The position numbers and the translations under genes were made by a program. From Pseudomonadota bacterium (GTDB lineage: Bacteria > Vulcanimicrobiota > Vulcanimicrobiia > Eremiobacterales > Eremiobacteraceae), in the NCBI GenBank assembly GCA_021325335.1, contig JAJPHJ010000053.1, positions 2,541 to 66,540 on the forward strand: 64,000 nt of DNA, read 5' to 3'. Every line of letters begins with the position of its first letter. Position 1 is the stretch's first letter. Below the pieces are notes generated by a model, which was not told where the DNA came from, did no database searches, and saw only the letters and a list, made by a program, of their open reading frames with translations. Positions 35,647-45,216 of the stretch are shown here, one piece after another.

Positions 35647-38600
35647 ATGAAGATTTCGCGCCGTTTCACAAAGCCCGGTACCGATCCACTCGACGAAGTG
35701 AAGTGGGAGCGCCGGGAATCGGTCATCCGCGAACCCGATGGAACCGTGGTCTTCGAAATGCGGGATATCGAGGTCCCGGCCGATTGGTCGCAAGTCGCGA
35801 CGGACATTTTGGCGCAGAAATACTTCCGCAAGGCCGGTGTGCCGCAGCCTGACGGCACGCTCGGTAAAGAGACGTCGGCTCGGCAGGTCGTGCGCCGGCT
35901 GGCGGGTTGCTGGACAGATTGGGGCCGGCGCTACAAGTACTTCGATACGGACGAAGACGCGGCTGCGTTCGACGCCGAGTTGAGCCACATGCTCATCCAT
36001 CAGATGGCCGCGCCGAACTCGCCGCAGTGGTTCAACACCGGGCTCTCCTATGCGTATGGCATCACAGGCGCACCCCAGGGTCATTTCTATGTCGATCCTG
36101 ACACAAAAGAACTCGTAAGGTCGACTGATGCCTACACGCACGTTCAAGGACACGCGTGCTTCATCCAATCTGTCGACGATGACCTTGTGAATGACAACGG
36201 CATCATGGATCTCTGGGTGCGCGAAGCGCGGCTGTTCAAACACGGGAGTGGCACGGGAAGTAATTTCTCGAACCTCCGCGCGGAAGGCGAGAAACTCGCG
36301 GGCGGTGGCACATCGAGCGGCCTTATGTCGTTCTTGCGAGTTGGAGACAGAGCTGCCGGAGCGATTAAAAGTGGCGGAACAACGCGCCGAGCCGCCAAGA
36401 TGGTAATCCTCGATATGGATCACCCCGACATCGAGAAGTTCATCAACTGGAAGGTCGAGGAAGAAAAGAAAGTTGCAGCGCTCATCGCGGCTGGCTACGA
36501 CGGATCGTATGAGGGCGAGGCATACCAAACCGTCTCCGGTCAGAACTCCAATAATTCCGTTCGTGTATCTGATAAGTTCGTCGAAGCGGTGCGCAACGAC
36601 GGTCCCTGGGACTTGCTCTGGAGGACTGACAAGAAAGTCGCCCGCACTGTGCGCGCACGTGACCTTTGGGATCAAGTAGGGCGTGCTGCCTGGGCTTGCG
36701 CAGATCCTGGAGTACAATACGACGACATCATCAACTCGTGGCATACATCGCCGGCGGGAGGCCGAATTCGCGCAAGTAATCCATGCAGTGAATATTTGTT
36801 CCTTGACGACACGGCCTGCTTTGCACCCGAGACCCGGATCAGCACTCCACGTGGTTTGCGCACCGTCGAAGACTTGTATGCGTCACAGGAACGGGGCGAG
36901 TCTGTCCTGGTCACAACCGATGTGCATTCCGAACACGATCATAGACGACTCACAGCGTATCGCACCGCGAAAATAACTCGCGTAGGCACACGATCAGTCT
37001 TCCGCATGACACTAAAGGACGGACGTCAGATTCGAGCAACTGGCGATCATCGGTTCCTCACGAGCGCCGGGAAATGGAAGCGCCTTGACCAGCTAATCCC
37101 TGGATCCGACAGACTTCAGATCCGCACGTCCGGCGATGCAATCGAGTTCTCATCGGCACCCGTTGAGCAGAAGCGCTGGCAGATGTTGGGATGGCTCACT
37201 GGTGACGGGGTGTTCAACAAGGACACCGTCGCGCTAATCTTTGCGCCAACCGAAGAAGAGACAGCCCTCGAAATGACATCGCATCTCAACGAGCTCAAAG
37301 CCGCGGTTGGAGGCGTCGCACAAAGTCGGCTTTCATCCGTCTCGACGCAGCATAATGGGGTGATGCAGACTTCATCAAGGCAAAGTTCGCTCATCGGACA
37401 TTTGGAAAAGCAATATGGCTTTAAGCAGGCGATCGCCGTAGACAAGGATGTGCCAAGCGCTATTCACTGGGTTGGAGATGACCTGAAGGTCGCATACCTG
37501 CAGGGGCTCTTCTCCGCGGATGGGACTATCCGAGATGGCTGTGGCGAGGAAAGAGAGGTGATGCTAGCATCGTCATCGGGGCAGTTGTTGCGCTCCGTTC
37601 AGCTCTTGCTTTCTGACATCGGCATTACCTCACGGATAAGCTGGAACCAGCCGGCTGAGCGGAAGAACCCACAAGGCCAATTGCACATCTACAACCAGCA
37701 GGCACGACGGTTCTTGACACTTATTGGATTTCCGTGTTCCGCATACAAAGATGCTCTGGCACAAACTATTCTTTCATCTCCGTTCACTGGCGCGAAGAAG
37801 AACCCCCGCGCGCCCAAGGTCGTTGAAATCATCCCGGATGGCGAAGAATTGGTGTATGACATTACGGAGCCGGTCACGCACACAGTCATCGCCGAAGGCA
37901 TCATCGCGCACAACTGCAATCTCGCGTCTCTCAACCTCATGAAATTCTACGATCAAGAGCGCGGGCAGCTTGAGGTAGACGCGTATAAGCACGCCATTCG
38001 CCTATGGACGATTGTGCTCGAAATCTCCGTATTGATGGCGCAATTTCCAAGCGCGGCTATTGCTCGAAAATCATACGAGTATCGAACGCTTGGATTGGGA
38101 TATGCAAACCTCGGCACTCTTTTGATGGTCTCGGGCATACCCTACGATTCGCCACGCGCTCTTGCGATCGCGGGTGCAATTTCGTCAATTTTGACAGGCG
38201 AGTCGTATGCTACCTCGGCCGACATGGCGCGCGAATTGGGCGCATTCCCCCGTTATAAGGAGAACGCAGAGCACATGCTGCGCGTGATGCGCAACCATCG
38301 GCGCGCAGCATACAATGCGCCGGCCGGTGAGTATGAGCAGCTCTCCGTGGTACCCATGGGGATTGATGCAAGCCTGTGCCCGCCATATCTGCTCGCCGCC
38401 GCTCGTGAGTGTTGGGATCAAGCCATCGAAACTGGCGAGCAATATGGCTACCGGAACGCGCAAGCGACCTGTATCGCTCCAACCGGTACTATAGGCTTGT
38501 TGATGGACTGCGACACCACCGGGATCGAGCCCGATTTCGCGCTCGTGAAGTTCAAGAAGCTTTCCGGTGGCGGCTACTTCAAGATCATCAATCAGTCGCT

Positions 38601-40128
38601 TCCGCAGGCCTTGAGCAACCTCGGGTACACGGACGAGCAGATCGACGACATCGTGCGCTATGCCAAGGGCTCGGGATCGCTCTACGGCGCGCCCTACATC
38701 AACGCGGAAACGCTGCGCGCGAGAGGCTTCACGAACGAAGACGTCATCAAGATCGAGAAAGCACTGCCGACCGTCTTCGAGATCGGCTTCGCGTTCAATC
38801 AATGGAGCTTGGGCGAAGACACGATGCAGCGTCTGGGCGTGGCGCCCGAGCAGTACAACGCGCCGGATTTCGACCTCCTTCGCACTCTGGGTTACAACCG
38901 CGAAGAGATCGATGCGGCGAACAACTATATCTGCGGAACGATGACGATCGAAGGAGCGCCTCATCTGAAAGAGGAGCACTATCCCGTCTTCGACTGCGCC
39001 AACAAGTGCGGTAAACTCGGCCGGCGCTTCATCCATCACATGGGGCACGTCCGCATGATGGCGGCGGCACAACCCTTCATCAGCGGCGCGATCTCGAAGA
39101 CGGTGAACCTCCCGAACGAAGCGACCGTGGAGGACATCAAAGAATCGTACCTGCGCTCGTGGGATCTTGGCCTCAAAGCGATCGCCTTGTATCGCGACGG
39201 GTCCAAGCTCTCTCAGCCGCTCTCGAACAAGGGGACGGACAAGACCGCTTCAGACAACGACCGGCAGCTGGCGCTGTCCGAGGAGTTCGCGAAACAACTG
39301 GAAGCGGCGCGCAAGCAACGAGCGGAGGAGCTGCGACCCGACGAGATCCTGGCCGCCGCTCAACGGATCCTGGCCAGCGCCACGAACACCGACTTCAAGC
39401 GCAAGGTCGCGCAAGCGCTCGAACGCAACCGGCTGCCCGCCAAACGGCGCGGCTGGACGCAAAAGGCGAAGATCGCGGGCCACACCGTCTTCTTGCGCAC
39501 GGGCGAGTATGGCGACGGCACGCTGGGCGAGATCTTCGTCGATCTCCACAAAGAAGGCGCCTCGTTCCGCAGCCTCATGAACTGCTTTGCCATAGCCGTC
39601 TCCATCGGCTTGCAGTATGGCGTGCCGCTCGAAGAGTTCGTCGACAAATTCGTGTTCACGCGCTTCGAACCCAACGGCTTCGTCGACCATCCTAACATCA
39701 AGCACTGCACGAGCGTCGTCGACTACATCTTCCGCGTGCTCGGCATGGAATATCTTGGGCGTACCGACTTCGTGCAGATCAAACCTGAAGACAAAGACGT
39801 GGATGATACCGCGCACGAAGAGCACGCGCAAGCCGAATTCGAAGCCCGCGTCAGCGCCCAGCAGGCGGCAGACGAAACGCCGCCGGCGCGCTCGCAGCAA
39901 AGCCCTGCTTCCTCGAGCATGCCGCAGCGATCTCCGGCGACGGCCGCGCCCAACGCCACGGTCGATCCGGCGCTCGCTTCGCAGCTCAACGCGCTCCGCT
40001 CGCGCGAAGCGCAAATGGCCTCGCTCATGGGCGATGCGCCGCTCTGCGACGTGTGCGGCTCGATCACGCGGCGCAATGGGGCCTGCTACGTGTGCGATAG
40101 TTGCGGCCGCAGCATGGGCTGCTCCTAG
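35647..40128 (+). CDS. nrdJ: class II (adenosylcobalamin-dependent) ribonucleotide reductase NrdJ, intein-containing precursor
   Basis: 1493-aa ORF. The RNR core is [14 protein letters not shown] / CNLASLNL, split by the intein. A long class II body follows. The C-terminal Cys-rich tail is [27 protein letters not shown]. Confidence 0.95.
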   Translation: MKISRRFTKPGTDPLDEVKWERRESVIREPDGTVVFEMRDIEVPADWSQVATDILAQKYFRKAGVPQPDGTLGKETSARQVVRRLAGCWTDWGRRYKYFDTDEDAAAFDAELSHMLIHQMAAPNSPQWFNTGLSYAYGITGAPQGHFYVDPDTKELVRSTDAYTHVQGHACFIQSVDDDLVNDNGIMDLWVREARLFKHGSGTGSNFSNLRAEGEKLAGGGTSSGLMSFLRVGDRAAGAIKSGGTTRRAAKMVILDMDHPDIEKFINWKVEEEKKVAALIAAGYDGSYEGEAYQTVSGQNSNNSVRVSDKFVEAVRNDGPWDLLWRTDKKVARTVRARDLWDQVGRAAWACADPGVQYDDIINSWHTSPAGGRIRASNPCSEYLFLDDTACFAPETRISTPRGLRTVEDLYASQERGESVLVTTDVHSEHDHRRLTAYRTAKITRVGTRSVFRMTLKDGRQIRATGDHRFLTSAGKWKRLDQLIPGSDRLQIRTSGDAIEFSSAPVEQKRWQMLGWLTGDGVFNKDTVALIFAPTEEETALEMTSHLNELKAAVGGVAQSRLSSVSTQHNGVMQTSSRQSSLIGHLEKQYGFKQAIAVDKDVPSAIHWVGDDLKVAYLQGLFSADGTIRDGCGEEREVMLASSSGQLLRSVQLLLSDIGITSRISWNQPAERKNPQGQLHIYNQQARRFLTLIGFPCSAYKDALAQTILSSPFTGAKKNPRAPKVVEIIPDGEELVYDITEPVTHTVIAEGIIAHNCNLASLNLMKFYDQERGQLEVDAYKHAIRLWTIVLEISVLMAQFPSAAIARKSYEYRTLGLGYANLGTLLMVSGIPYDSPRALAIAGAISSILTGESYATSADMARELGAFPRYKENAEHMLRVMRNHRRAAYNAPAGEYEQLSVVPMGIDASLCPPYLLAAARECWDQAIETGEQYGYRNAQATCIAPTGTIGLLMDCDTTGIEPDFALVKFKKLSGGGYFKIINQSLPQALSNLGYTDEQIDDIVRYAKGSGSLYGAPYINAETLRARGFTNEDVIKIEKALPTVFEIGFAFNQWSLGEDTMQRLGVAPEQYNAPDFDLLRTLGYNREEIDAANNYICGTMTIEGAPHLKEEHYPVFDCANKCGKLGRRFIHHMGHVRMMAAAQPFISGAISKTVNLPNEATVEDIKESYLRSWDLGLKAIALYRDGSKLSQPLSNKGTDKTASDNDRQLALSEEFAKQLEAARKQRAEELRPDEILAAAQRILASATNTDFKRKVAQALERNRLPAKRRGWTQKAKIAGHTVFLRTGEYGDGTLGEIFVDLHKEGASFRSLMNCFAIAVSIGLQYGVPLEEFVDKFVFTRFEPNGFVDHPNIKHCTSVVDYIFRVLGMEYLGRTDFVQIKPEDKDVDDTAHEEHAQAEFEARVSAQQAADETPPARSQQSPASSSMPQRSPATAAPNATVDPALASQLNALRSREAQMASLMGDAPLCDVCGSITRRNGACYVCDSCGRSMGCS
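36817..37914 (+). mobile_element. intein with LAGLIDADG homing-endonuclease domain (366 codons) inside nrdJ
   Basis: It begins CFAPETRIS (Cys1) and ends [10 protein letters not shown], followed by the +1 Cys of CNLASLNL. Block B is TxxH (ATGDHRF). The two LAGLIDADG motifs are LGWLTGDGV and [10 protein letters not shown]. It is in frame, and its removal restores a contiguous RNR core. Confidence 0.9.
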
Positions 40129-40135
40129 AGCACGC

Positions 40136-41125
40136 TCACGGCAGCAGCACGGCGGCACCGTCGATCGCATCGTTTGCGACCGCTCGGAGCGCCTGATTCG
40201 CCTCGGCCAGCGGGAACGTCGTCACCTTCGCGACGATCGGGATCTCCGCTGCCAACGCGAGGAAGTCGCGCGCGTCTTCGCGCGTCATGTTCGTCACGCT
40301 GCAGATCTGGCGCTCGCCCCACAGCAGACTATCGTAGTCGAACTGAGGCATGCGGTCGAGGTGGATGGCATTGATCGCGACCACGCCTCCCTTTCGTAGC
40401 GAACCGAGCGCCGCGACCACCACGTCTCCCGATGGAGCAAACGTGATAGCCCTGTCGAGCGCTTCCGGAGGCTTTTCCGTTGCGTCCCCGACCCAACTGG
40501 CTCCGAATGACTCCGCCAGCGCGCGATGCGAGGCGCCACGCGTTGACACGAAGATCTCGCATTCCCAATGGCGCAGCACTTGCGCCGCGAGATGCGCCGA
40601 TGCGCCAAAGCCGAAGAGCCCGACGCGCTCGCCCCGCGCCACGCCTGCGATCCGAAGCGCTCGGAATCCGATGATCCCGGCGCAGAGCAGCGGCGCAGCC
40701 TCGAGCGTGCCGAGTTCGGGCGGCAGGTCGAGCGCGAAGTCGCTCCGGACGTCCGCGTATTCTGCATACCCGCCGTTTTTGTCGTAACCGGTGAACACGA
40801 TGCGGTCGCAAAGATTCTCGCTTCCGGCCCGGCAATAGGCGCACGTGCCATCCACGCCGCCTACCCAAGAGACGCCCACGCGCTTGCCGACACGCGAACG
40901 ATCGGGCCCGTCGACCACCTCGCCGACGATCTGGTGACCAGGCACCAGCCACGGATGTCTCGGAGGCAGTGCTCCCGTCACGATGTGCAGATCGGTCCGG
41001 CACACACCGCACGCGAGCACTCTGATGCGGACGGCGTCGCTGGGCAGACCCCCGAGCGGGATCTCTTCTTCTCGCAGCGGCGACTCGGACGCAGGTGCAG
41101 GCGCGTGCAGCACCATGGCCTTCAT
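40136..41125 (-). CDS. zinc-dependent alcohol dehydrogenase (MDR family)
   Basis: Track ORF trimmed to ATG 41125 (MKAMVLHAPAP...). It has the zinc/catalytic motif ACGVCRTDLH, structural-zinc cysteines CAYCRAGSENLC, and GLFGFGASAH NAD-binding. ATGA overlap with the upstream VOC gene. Confidence 0.85.
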   Translation of the reverse strand: MKAMVLHAPAPASESPLREEEIPLGGLPSDAVRIRVLACGVCRTDLHIVTGALPPRHPWLVPGHQIVGEVVDGPDRSRVGKRVGVSWVGGVDGTCAYCRAGSENLCDRIVFTGYDKNGGYAEYADVRSDFALDLPPELGTLEAAPLLCAGIIGFRALRIAGVARGERVGLFGFGASAHLAAQVLRHWECEIFVSTRGASHRALAESFGASWVGDATEKPPEALDRAITFAPSGDVVVAALGSLRKGGVVAINAIHLDRMPQFDYDSLLWGERQICSVTNMTREDARDFLALAAEIPIVAKVTTFPLAEANQALRAVANDAIDGAAVLLP

Positions 41126-41571
41126 CCGATTTCGGCGACCTCGCGCTTGCGGGCGCACACCTCGAGCTTCGTGCCGCTGGGATCCTCGAAGAAGATCGCC
41201 GGGTAGTCGGCTGAAGCCGACGGTTCGATGCGAACTGCGCCGATGCGACGCAGCAACGACGTCCACCACGCCGTGTCGAGCGGCGCGGGCACCCGGAATG
41301 CGATGCGAGTCAGCGTCGGCTGCATGCTCGCGTCCTCGATGAACCCCACGAAACGCGAAACGACTCCTTCGGCCGCCGGCTCGTAGTATTCCAACGCATT
41401 GTAGGGCCGGTCGTCTGCGGCTTCATGCCAGTCGCCGGCTGCGTCCACGTGCGCGTAACGCTTGCGCGGCAGACCGAGCACCTGCATGAGCTCGTCGTAA
41501 AACGGTTCGACCGCTTTGATGGAGCGCACCCGCGTGTCGACGTGGTCGATGCCGAGATATCCATTTTGCAT
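41122..41571 (-). CDS. VOC/glyoxalase-like family protein
   Basis: Track ORF trimmed to ATG 41571 (MQNGYLGIDHVDTRVRSIKAVEPFYDELMQVLGL...AIFFEDPSGTKLEV). VOC-like pattern, coupled to the downstream alcohol dehydrogenase. Confidence 0.6.
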   Translation of the reverse strand: MQNGYLGIDHVDTRVRSIKAVEPFYDELMQVLGLPRKRYAHVDAAGDWHEAADDRPYNALEYYEPAAEGVVSRFVGFIEDASMQPTLTRIAFRVPAPLDTAWWTSLLRRIGAVRIEPSASADYPAIFFEDPSGTKLEVCARKREVAEIG

Positions 41572-41654
41572 GCACGCGACTTGCGAAAAAGCCCGCGCGC
41601 ATCCTGGTCGGCGCGTGCAATCGCCTGACCAAGGTCGCCCGTTCGTCTGCCCGA

Positions 41655-42737
41655 ATGTCAGGCCCAATGGATTTTGGACAGGTACTGGTGCTCGCCGCCG
41701 GCGCGGCGGTCATCCTGGTCGTCCTCTTCGACCTGGTCGCCTCCATGCTGGTCCCGCGGCCGGTGCCCGGCAGATTTCTGCTCAGCGCGCTCGTGCGGCG
41801 GCTTGCGTGGACTCGCTGGAAGAAGCTCTACCTCTCGATGCAGCCACCGGAGCGCCGAGAGATCATCTTAGGATTCTTCGCCCCGCTGTCGGTCGTAGGC
41901 TCGCTCTTCACTTGGCTCGCCGGCCTCGTGCTCGGATACGGCCTCATCTTCTGGTCACTGAGAGGCCAGCTCCATCCCCAGCCGGCCAACCTCTTCGTCG
42001 CGAGCTATTACGCCGGCACGAGCGTCCTCACGATCGGCTACGGCGACATCGTCGCCACTGGCGATGCGGCGCGCCTGGTCTCGCTCGCGGCTGGGGCGAC
42101 CGGCCTTGCGACGGTCGCAGTCGTGCTTGCCTTCCTCTTCTCCGTGCTCAACTCGTATCGGGAGCGCGAGGTTTTCGAGATCACGCTCGATGCGCGTGCC
42201 GGCTCGCCGCCATCGGGGCTCGTGCTCCTGGAGACGCACGCGCAGCTCTCGATCGCCGACGACTTGCCACGTTTTTTCCAGGATGCACAGAGATGGTGTG
42301 CCGACGTGCTGGAAACGCACCTGGCGTACCCCGTGCTTTGCTATTTCCGTTCGGCTCACATCGGCATGTCGTGGATCGCCGCGCTCGGGGCGGTGCTCGA
42401 CGCCGCCACGCTCGTCATGTCGACGATCGAAAGCATTCCTCGCGGCCAAGCGACGATCGCACATAGCGTGGGTGAACATCTCGTCTACGATGTGGCCCAT
42501 TACTTCGATCTGCTGGGAGCGGAGAGCACGCTCGTCGAGGAGCGAGAATTTCTCGCTGCCCGCGAGCGCCTCGCTGCTGTCGGCTACAGGCTGCGGCCGC
42601 CCGCGGAGGCGTGGCAAACGTTCTCGCGCCTGCGCGCCCAATATGCTTCGTCCCTCAACAATCTCGCGCGCCATTGGGCGATCGAACCGGCCCAGTGGAT
42701 CGGCGATCGCTCACCGCTCGGCGCGCGCAAGGATTGA
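41655..42737 (+). CDS. two-TM potassium-channel-like protein (TIGYGD selectivity filter) with ~200-aa uncharacterised cytoplasmic C-terminal domain
   Basis: 360-aa ORF. TM helices flank a pore segment, YYAGTSVLTIGYGDIV. The C-terminal half has no RCK/TrkA motif that I can recognise. Confidence 0.75.
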   Translation: MSGPMDFGQVLVLAAGAAVILVVLFDLVASMLVPRPVPGRFLLSALVRRLAWTRWKKLYLSMQPPERREIILGFFAPLSVVGSLFTWLAGLVLGYGLIFWSLRGQLHPQPANLFVASYYAGTSVLTIGYGDIVATGDAARLVSLAAGATGLATVAVVLAFLFSVLNSYREREVFEITLDARAGSPPSGLVLLETHAQLSIADDLPRFFQDAQRWCADVLETHLAYPVLCYFRSAHIGMSWIAALGAVLDAATLVMSTIESIPRGQATIAHSVGEHLVYDVAHYFDLLGAESTLVEEREFLAARERLAAVGYRLRPPAEAWQTFSRLRAQYASSLNNLARHWAIEPAQWIGDRSPLGARKD

Positions 42738-43465
42738 ACGTGCCGCACGCGACTGCGCAGCCTCGGCGCGCGAGCCTCGCGACCGTGCGCTCGCGCATCG
42801 TCGCATGCACCCGTTGTCCGGAGCTGCGAGCGTATTGCGCTGCCATCGCGCGCGAACGCAAGCGCGAATTCGCGGGTGAACGCTACTGGGGCAAACCCGT
42901 GCCGAGCATCGGCTCGGCGTCTGCGCGGGTCCTCATCGTCGGGCTCGCACCCGCCGCGCACGGCGGCAACAGGACCGGTCGTATGTTCACGGGCGACGGA
43001 TCGGCGCGCTTTCTGGCCCGCTCGCTCTACCGCGCGGGGCTCGCGACGAAGCCCCTGTCCGAACGCCGCGGCGACGGCTTCGATCTCATCGACGCTTTCA
43101 TGACAGCAGCGTTGCGCTGCGCCCCGCCCCATAACAAACCCAAACCCTTGCAGATGGCCAAGTGCGCCGACCACATGCGCGCCGAACTAGACCTCTTGGA
43201 CAACAACGTGCGCGTCGTTGTGGCGTTGGGCAAAATCGGGTTCGACACGATCTGGGCCCGACTGCGCGAGCGTGGCTATCGTTCGGCCAAGCGTCCGGTG
43301 TTCGGCCACGAGCGTTGTTACGAACTGACCCATGACCAAGCGCCGCCCATCGTCCTGCTCGGTTCGTATCATCCCAGCCGTCAGAACACGAACACTGGCA
43401 AGCTCACCCAGGCCATGCTCGACCGCGTCTTCAGGCGCGCGCAGAGGTTCGCGCGAACTCGTTGA
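42734..43465 (+). CDS. uracil-DNA glycosylase, family 4/5 (UdgB-like, Fe-S)
   Basis: This is the in-frame tail of track ORF 42611..43465. Start is TTG 42734 (TTGA overlap with the channel stop) or GTG 42740. Motifs: CTRCPEL, GLAPAAHGGNRTGRMFTGD, LLGSYHPSRQN. Confidence 0.8.
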   Translation: MNVPHATAQPRRASLATVRSRIVACTRCPELRAYCAAIARERKREFAGERYWGKPVPSIGSASARVLIVGLAPAAHGGNRTGRMFTGDGSARFLARSLYRAGLATKPLSERRGDGFDLIDAFMTAALRCAPPHNKPKPLQMAKCADHMRAELDLLDNNVRVVVALGKIGFDTIWARLRERGYRSAKRPVFGHERCYELTHDQAPPIVLLGSYHPSRQNTNTGKLTQAMLDRVFRRAQRFARTR

Positions 43466-44387
43466 TGAGCCGCGCCATCTCGCGAAGCCGCCGCTGCTTC
43501 GCCTCCTCGGTCCAGGCGCTTGCGTGTGGCGTCATGATGACGTTTTGCAGTTCCCAAAACGGCTCGCCGGCCGGATAGGCGTTCTCCGGAGGATATCGAT
43601 ACCAGACGTCAAGCGCCGCGCCTGCGATGCGGCGTTCCTTGAGCGCCTCGTACAGCGCACGCTCGTCAGCCACAGGCCCGCGGGCGACGTTCACGACGAG
43701 CGCGTCGCGCTTCATGAGCGCGAGCCGCCTCGCATCGAGCAGGCCGCGCGTCAGGTCTGAGAGCTCGCAGCACAAGACGAGCGCATCGCACCACGAGACA
43801 AGGCGATCCACGTCGGATCGGTCGCCGATGCGGCCGAGAAACTCCAACCCATGCTCGCGGTTCTTGGCCGCCTCTGGATGCAGCGTGACGGCGGCACAGC
43901 GGATGTCGAACGGGCGGGCTCGTCGTTGGACCGCGCGCCCGATCCCGCCGAAGCCGATCAAACCCAGCGCAGAGCCTGCAAGCTCCTCATTGACCTGCGC
44001 CCCTCCCCAATAACCGAAGACCCACTCGCCGCGGCGCAGCGCGGCGTCGGCCGCGAAGAGATGCTGGCGCAACGCGACCAGACACCCAATGACATATTCG
44101 GCCATCGGGATCTCGTGGCCCGAGCCATGCGCGAACCGGATGTCCGGCCGCAGGGCGCTGCGGTCGATGTGCTCCGTGCCCGCCGCCGGACAGATGAGCA
44201 AGCGCAAGCGCTTTGCCGCAGCGGCCATCTCTTGCGTGAAGTCGATGCTGATAAGTATCTCGGCCGCGGGCAGCTCGGACCACACCGCGGAGCCGTCGGC
44301 TGCATCGAGTCCTTGAAACTCGACGCCGGGAGCGAGCAGCTGTGGGAGCGAGTCGTTCCAGATGCGCGAGAGCGACAGGACGCGCAT
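43431..44387 (-). CDS. D-isomer-specific 2-hydroxyacid dehydrogenase family protein
   Basis: 318-aa ORF with GLIGFGGIGRAV NAD-binding, VVNVARGPV, and the MTPHASAWT catalytic His region. Confidence 0.85.
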   Translation of the reverse strand: MRVLSLSRIWNDSLPQLLAPGVEFQGLDAADGSAVWSELPAAEILISIDFTQEMAAAAKRLRLLICPAAGTEHIDRSALRPDIRFAHGSGHEIPMAEYVIGCLVALRQHLFAADAALRRGEWVFGYWGGAQVNEELAGSALGLIGFGGIGRAVQRRARPFDIRCAAVTLHPEAAKNREHGLEFLGRIGDRSDVDRLVSWCDALVLCCELSDLTRGLLDARRLALMKRDALVVNVARGPVADERALYEALKERRIAGAALDVWYRYPPENAYPAGEPFWELQNVIMTPHASAWTEEAKQRRLREMARLINEFARTSARA

Positions 44388-44390
44388 GCG

Positions 44391-45179
44391 CTATCGTTTC
44401 CGCAAAACCGCGATCATGCGCCATGATCGCTCGCTCATGTCGAGCGGCAATATCGGATCGATGTCGCCGTGCCAACCGACGATGTCGAAGCAACCGCTCG
44501 CCTCCACCACGTACTGCACCCCGCCGCGCAGCCACATGTGCTGGGGCCAACGCATCGCGAGCCGGCGGCTCGCGCGACCACTGGTCTTCTTGCCGTTCGG
44601 GCGACGCGGTTCGATGACGAGGCTCGCCACGAAGGTCTCGGCGATCGGATCGAACCTTGTGAGCGAGAACCGCGCGCTGACCCGCTCGTCCCCGCGTCCT
44701 TGCGTCCACCGTTCGGACGTGCGGCTGCGTCCTTTGCCGAAATAGTCGGCCGGGTGCGTGAACTCGACGAATGCCAAACCGCCTTTGCGCAAGGCGGCGC
44801 CGGCGCTGCGCAACGTCTCGATGCCGTCGCGATCCGTGACGCACTGCGCGAACGAGTCGAACAAGCAGAGGACGATATCGAACCGCTGCTCCACGGTGAA
44901 GGTGCGCATGTCGGCGCGCCGCAGCGTTACCCGCACGCCATCGCGCTTGCACAGCTGTCGCGCATAGCCGAGCATCTCGCTGTTGATGTCCAGTCCGACG
45001 CAGGTCAGGCCCGCGCGCGCTAGCTCGCGCAGGTGGTGGGCAGGACCGCACGCGAGCTCCAGCACCGTGTGCGGATGCCGGACGCCATAGCCCGCCGCCA
45101 GCGTCAACAGATTTGAGCACTCCGCCGGGATGTCGCGAAACCCGAACGCGAGGTCGTAGAGCTGTGGTCTGCGATACAT
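44391..45179 (-). CDS. class I SAM-dependent methyltransferase
   Basis: Track ORF trimmed to ATG 45179 (MYRRPQLYDLAFGF...). Motif I is VLELACGPAHH and post-I is GLDINSEML. Confidence 0.8.
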   Translation of the reverse strand: MYRRPQLYDLAFGFRDIPAECSNLLTLAAGYGVRHPHTVLELACGPAHHLRELARAGLTCVGLDINSEMLGYARQLCKRDGVRVTLRRADMRTFTVEQRFDIVLCLFDSFAQCVTDRDGIETLRSAGAALRKGGLAFVEFTHPADYFGKGRSRTSERWTQGRGDERVSARFSLTRFDPIAETFVASLVIEPRRPNGKKTSGRASRRLAMRWPQHMWLRGGVQYVVEASGCFDIVGWHGDIDPILPLDMSERSWRMIAVLRKR

Positions 45180-45216
45180 CGGGAGCTCGGCGCCGGCGCC
45201 GTGGAGGCGCCGCCTC

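Noticed and set aside
35611-36744. 377-aa - strand ORF opposite the 5' part of nrdJ
   Set aside because: It is antisense to nrdJ and has no motifs. It also runs through the nrdJ start codon and about 35 nt of its leader. Shadow ORF.
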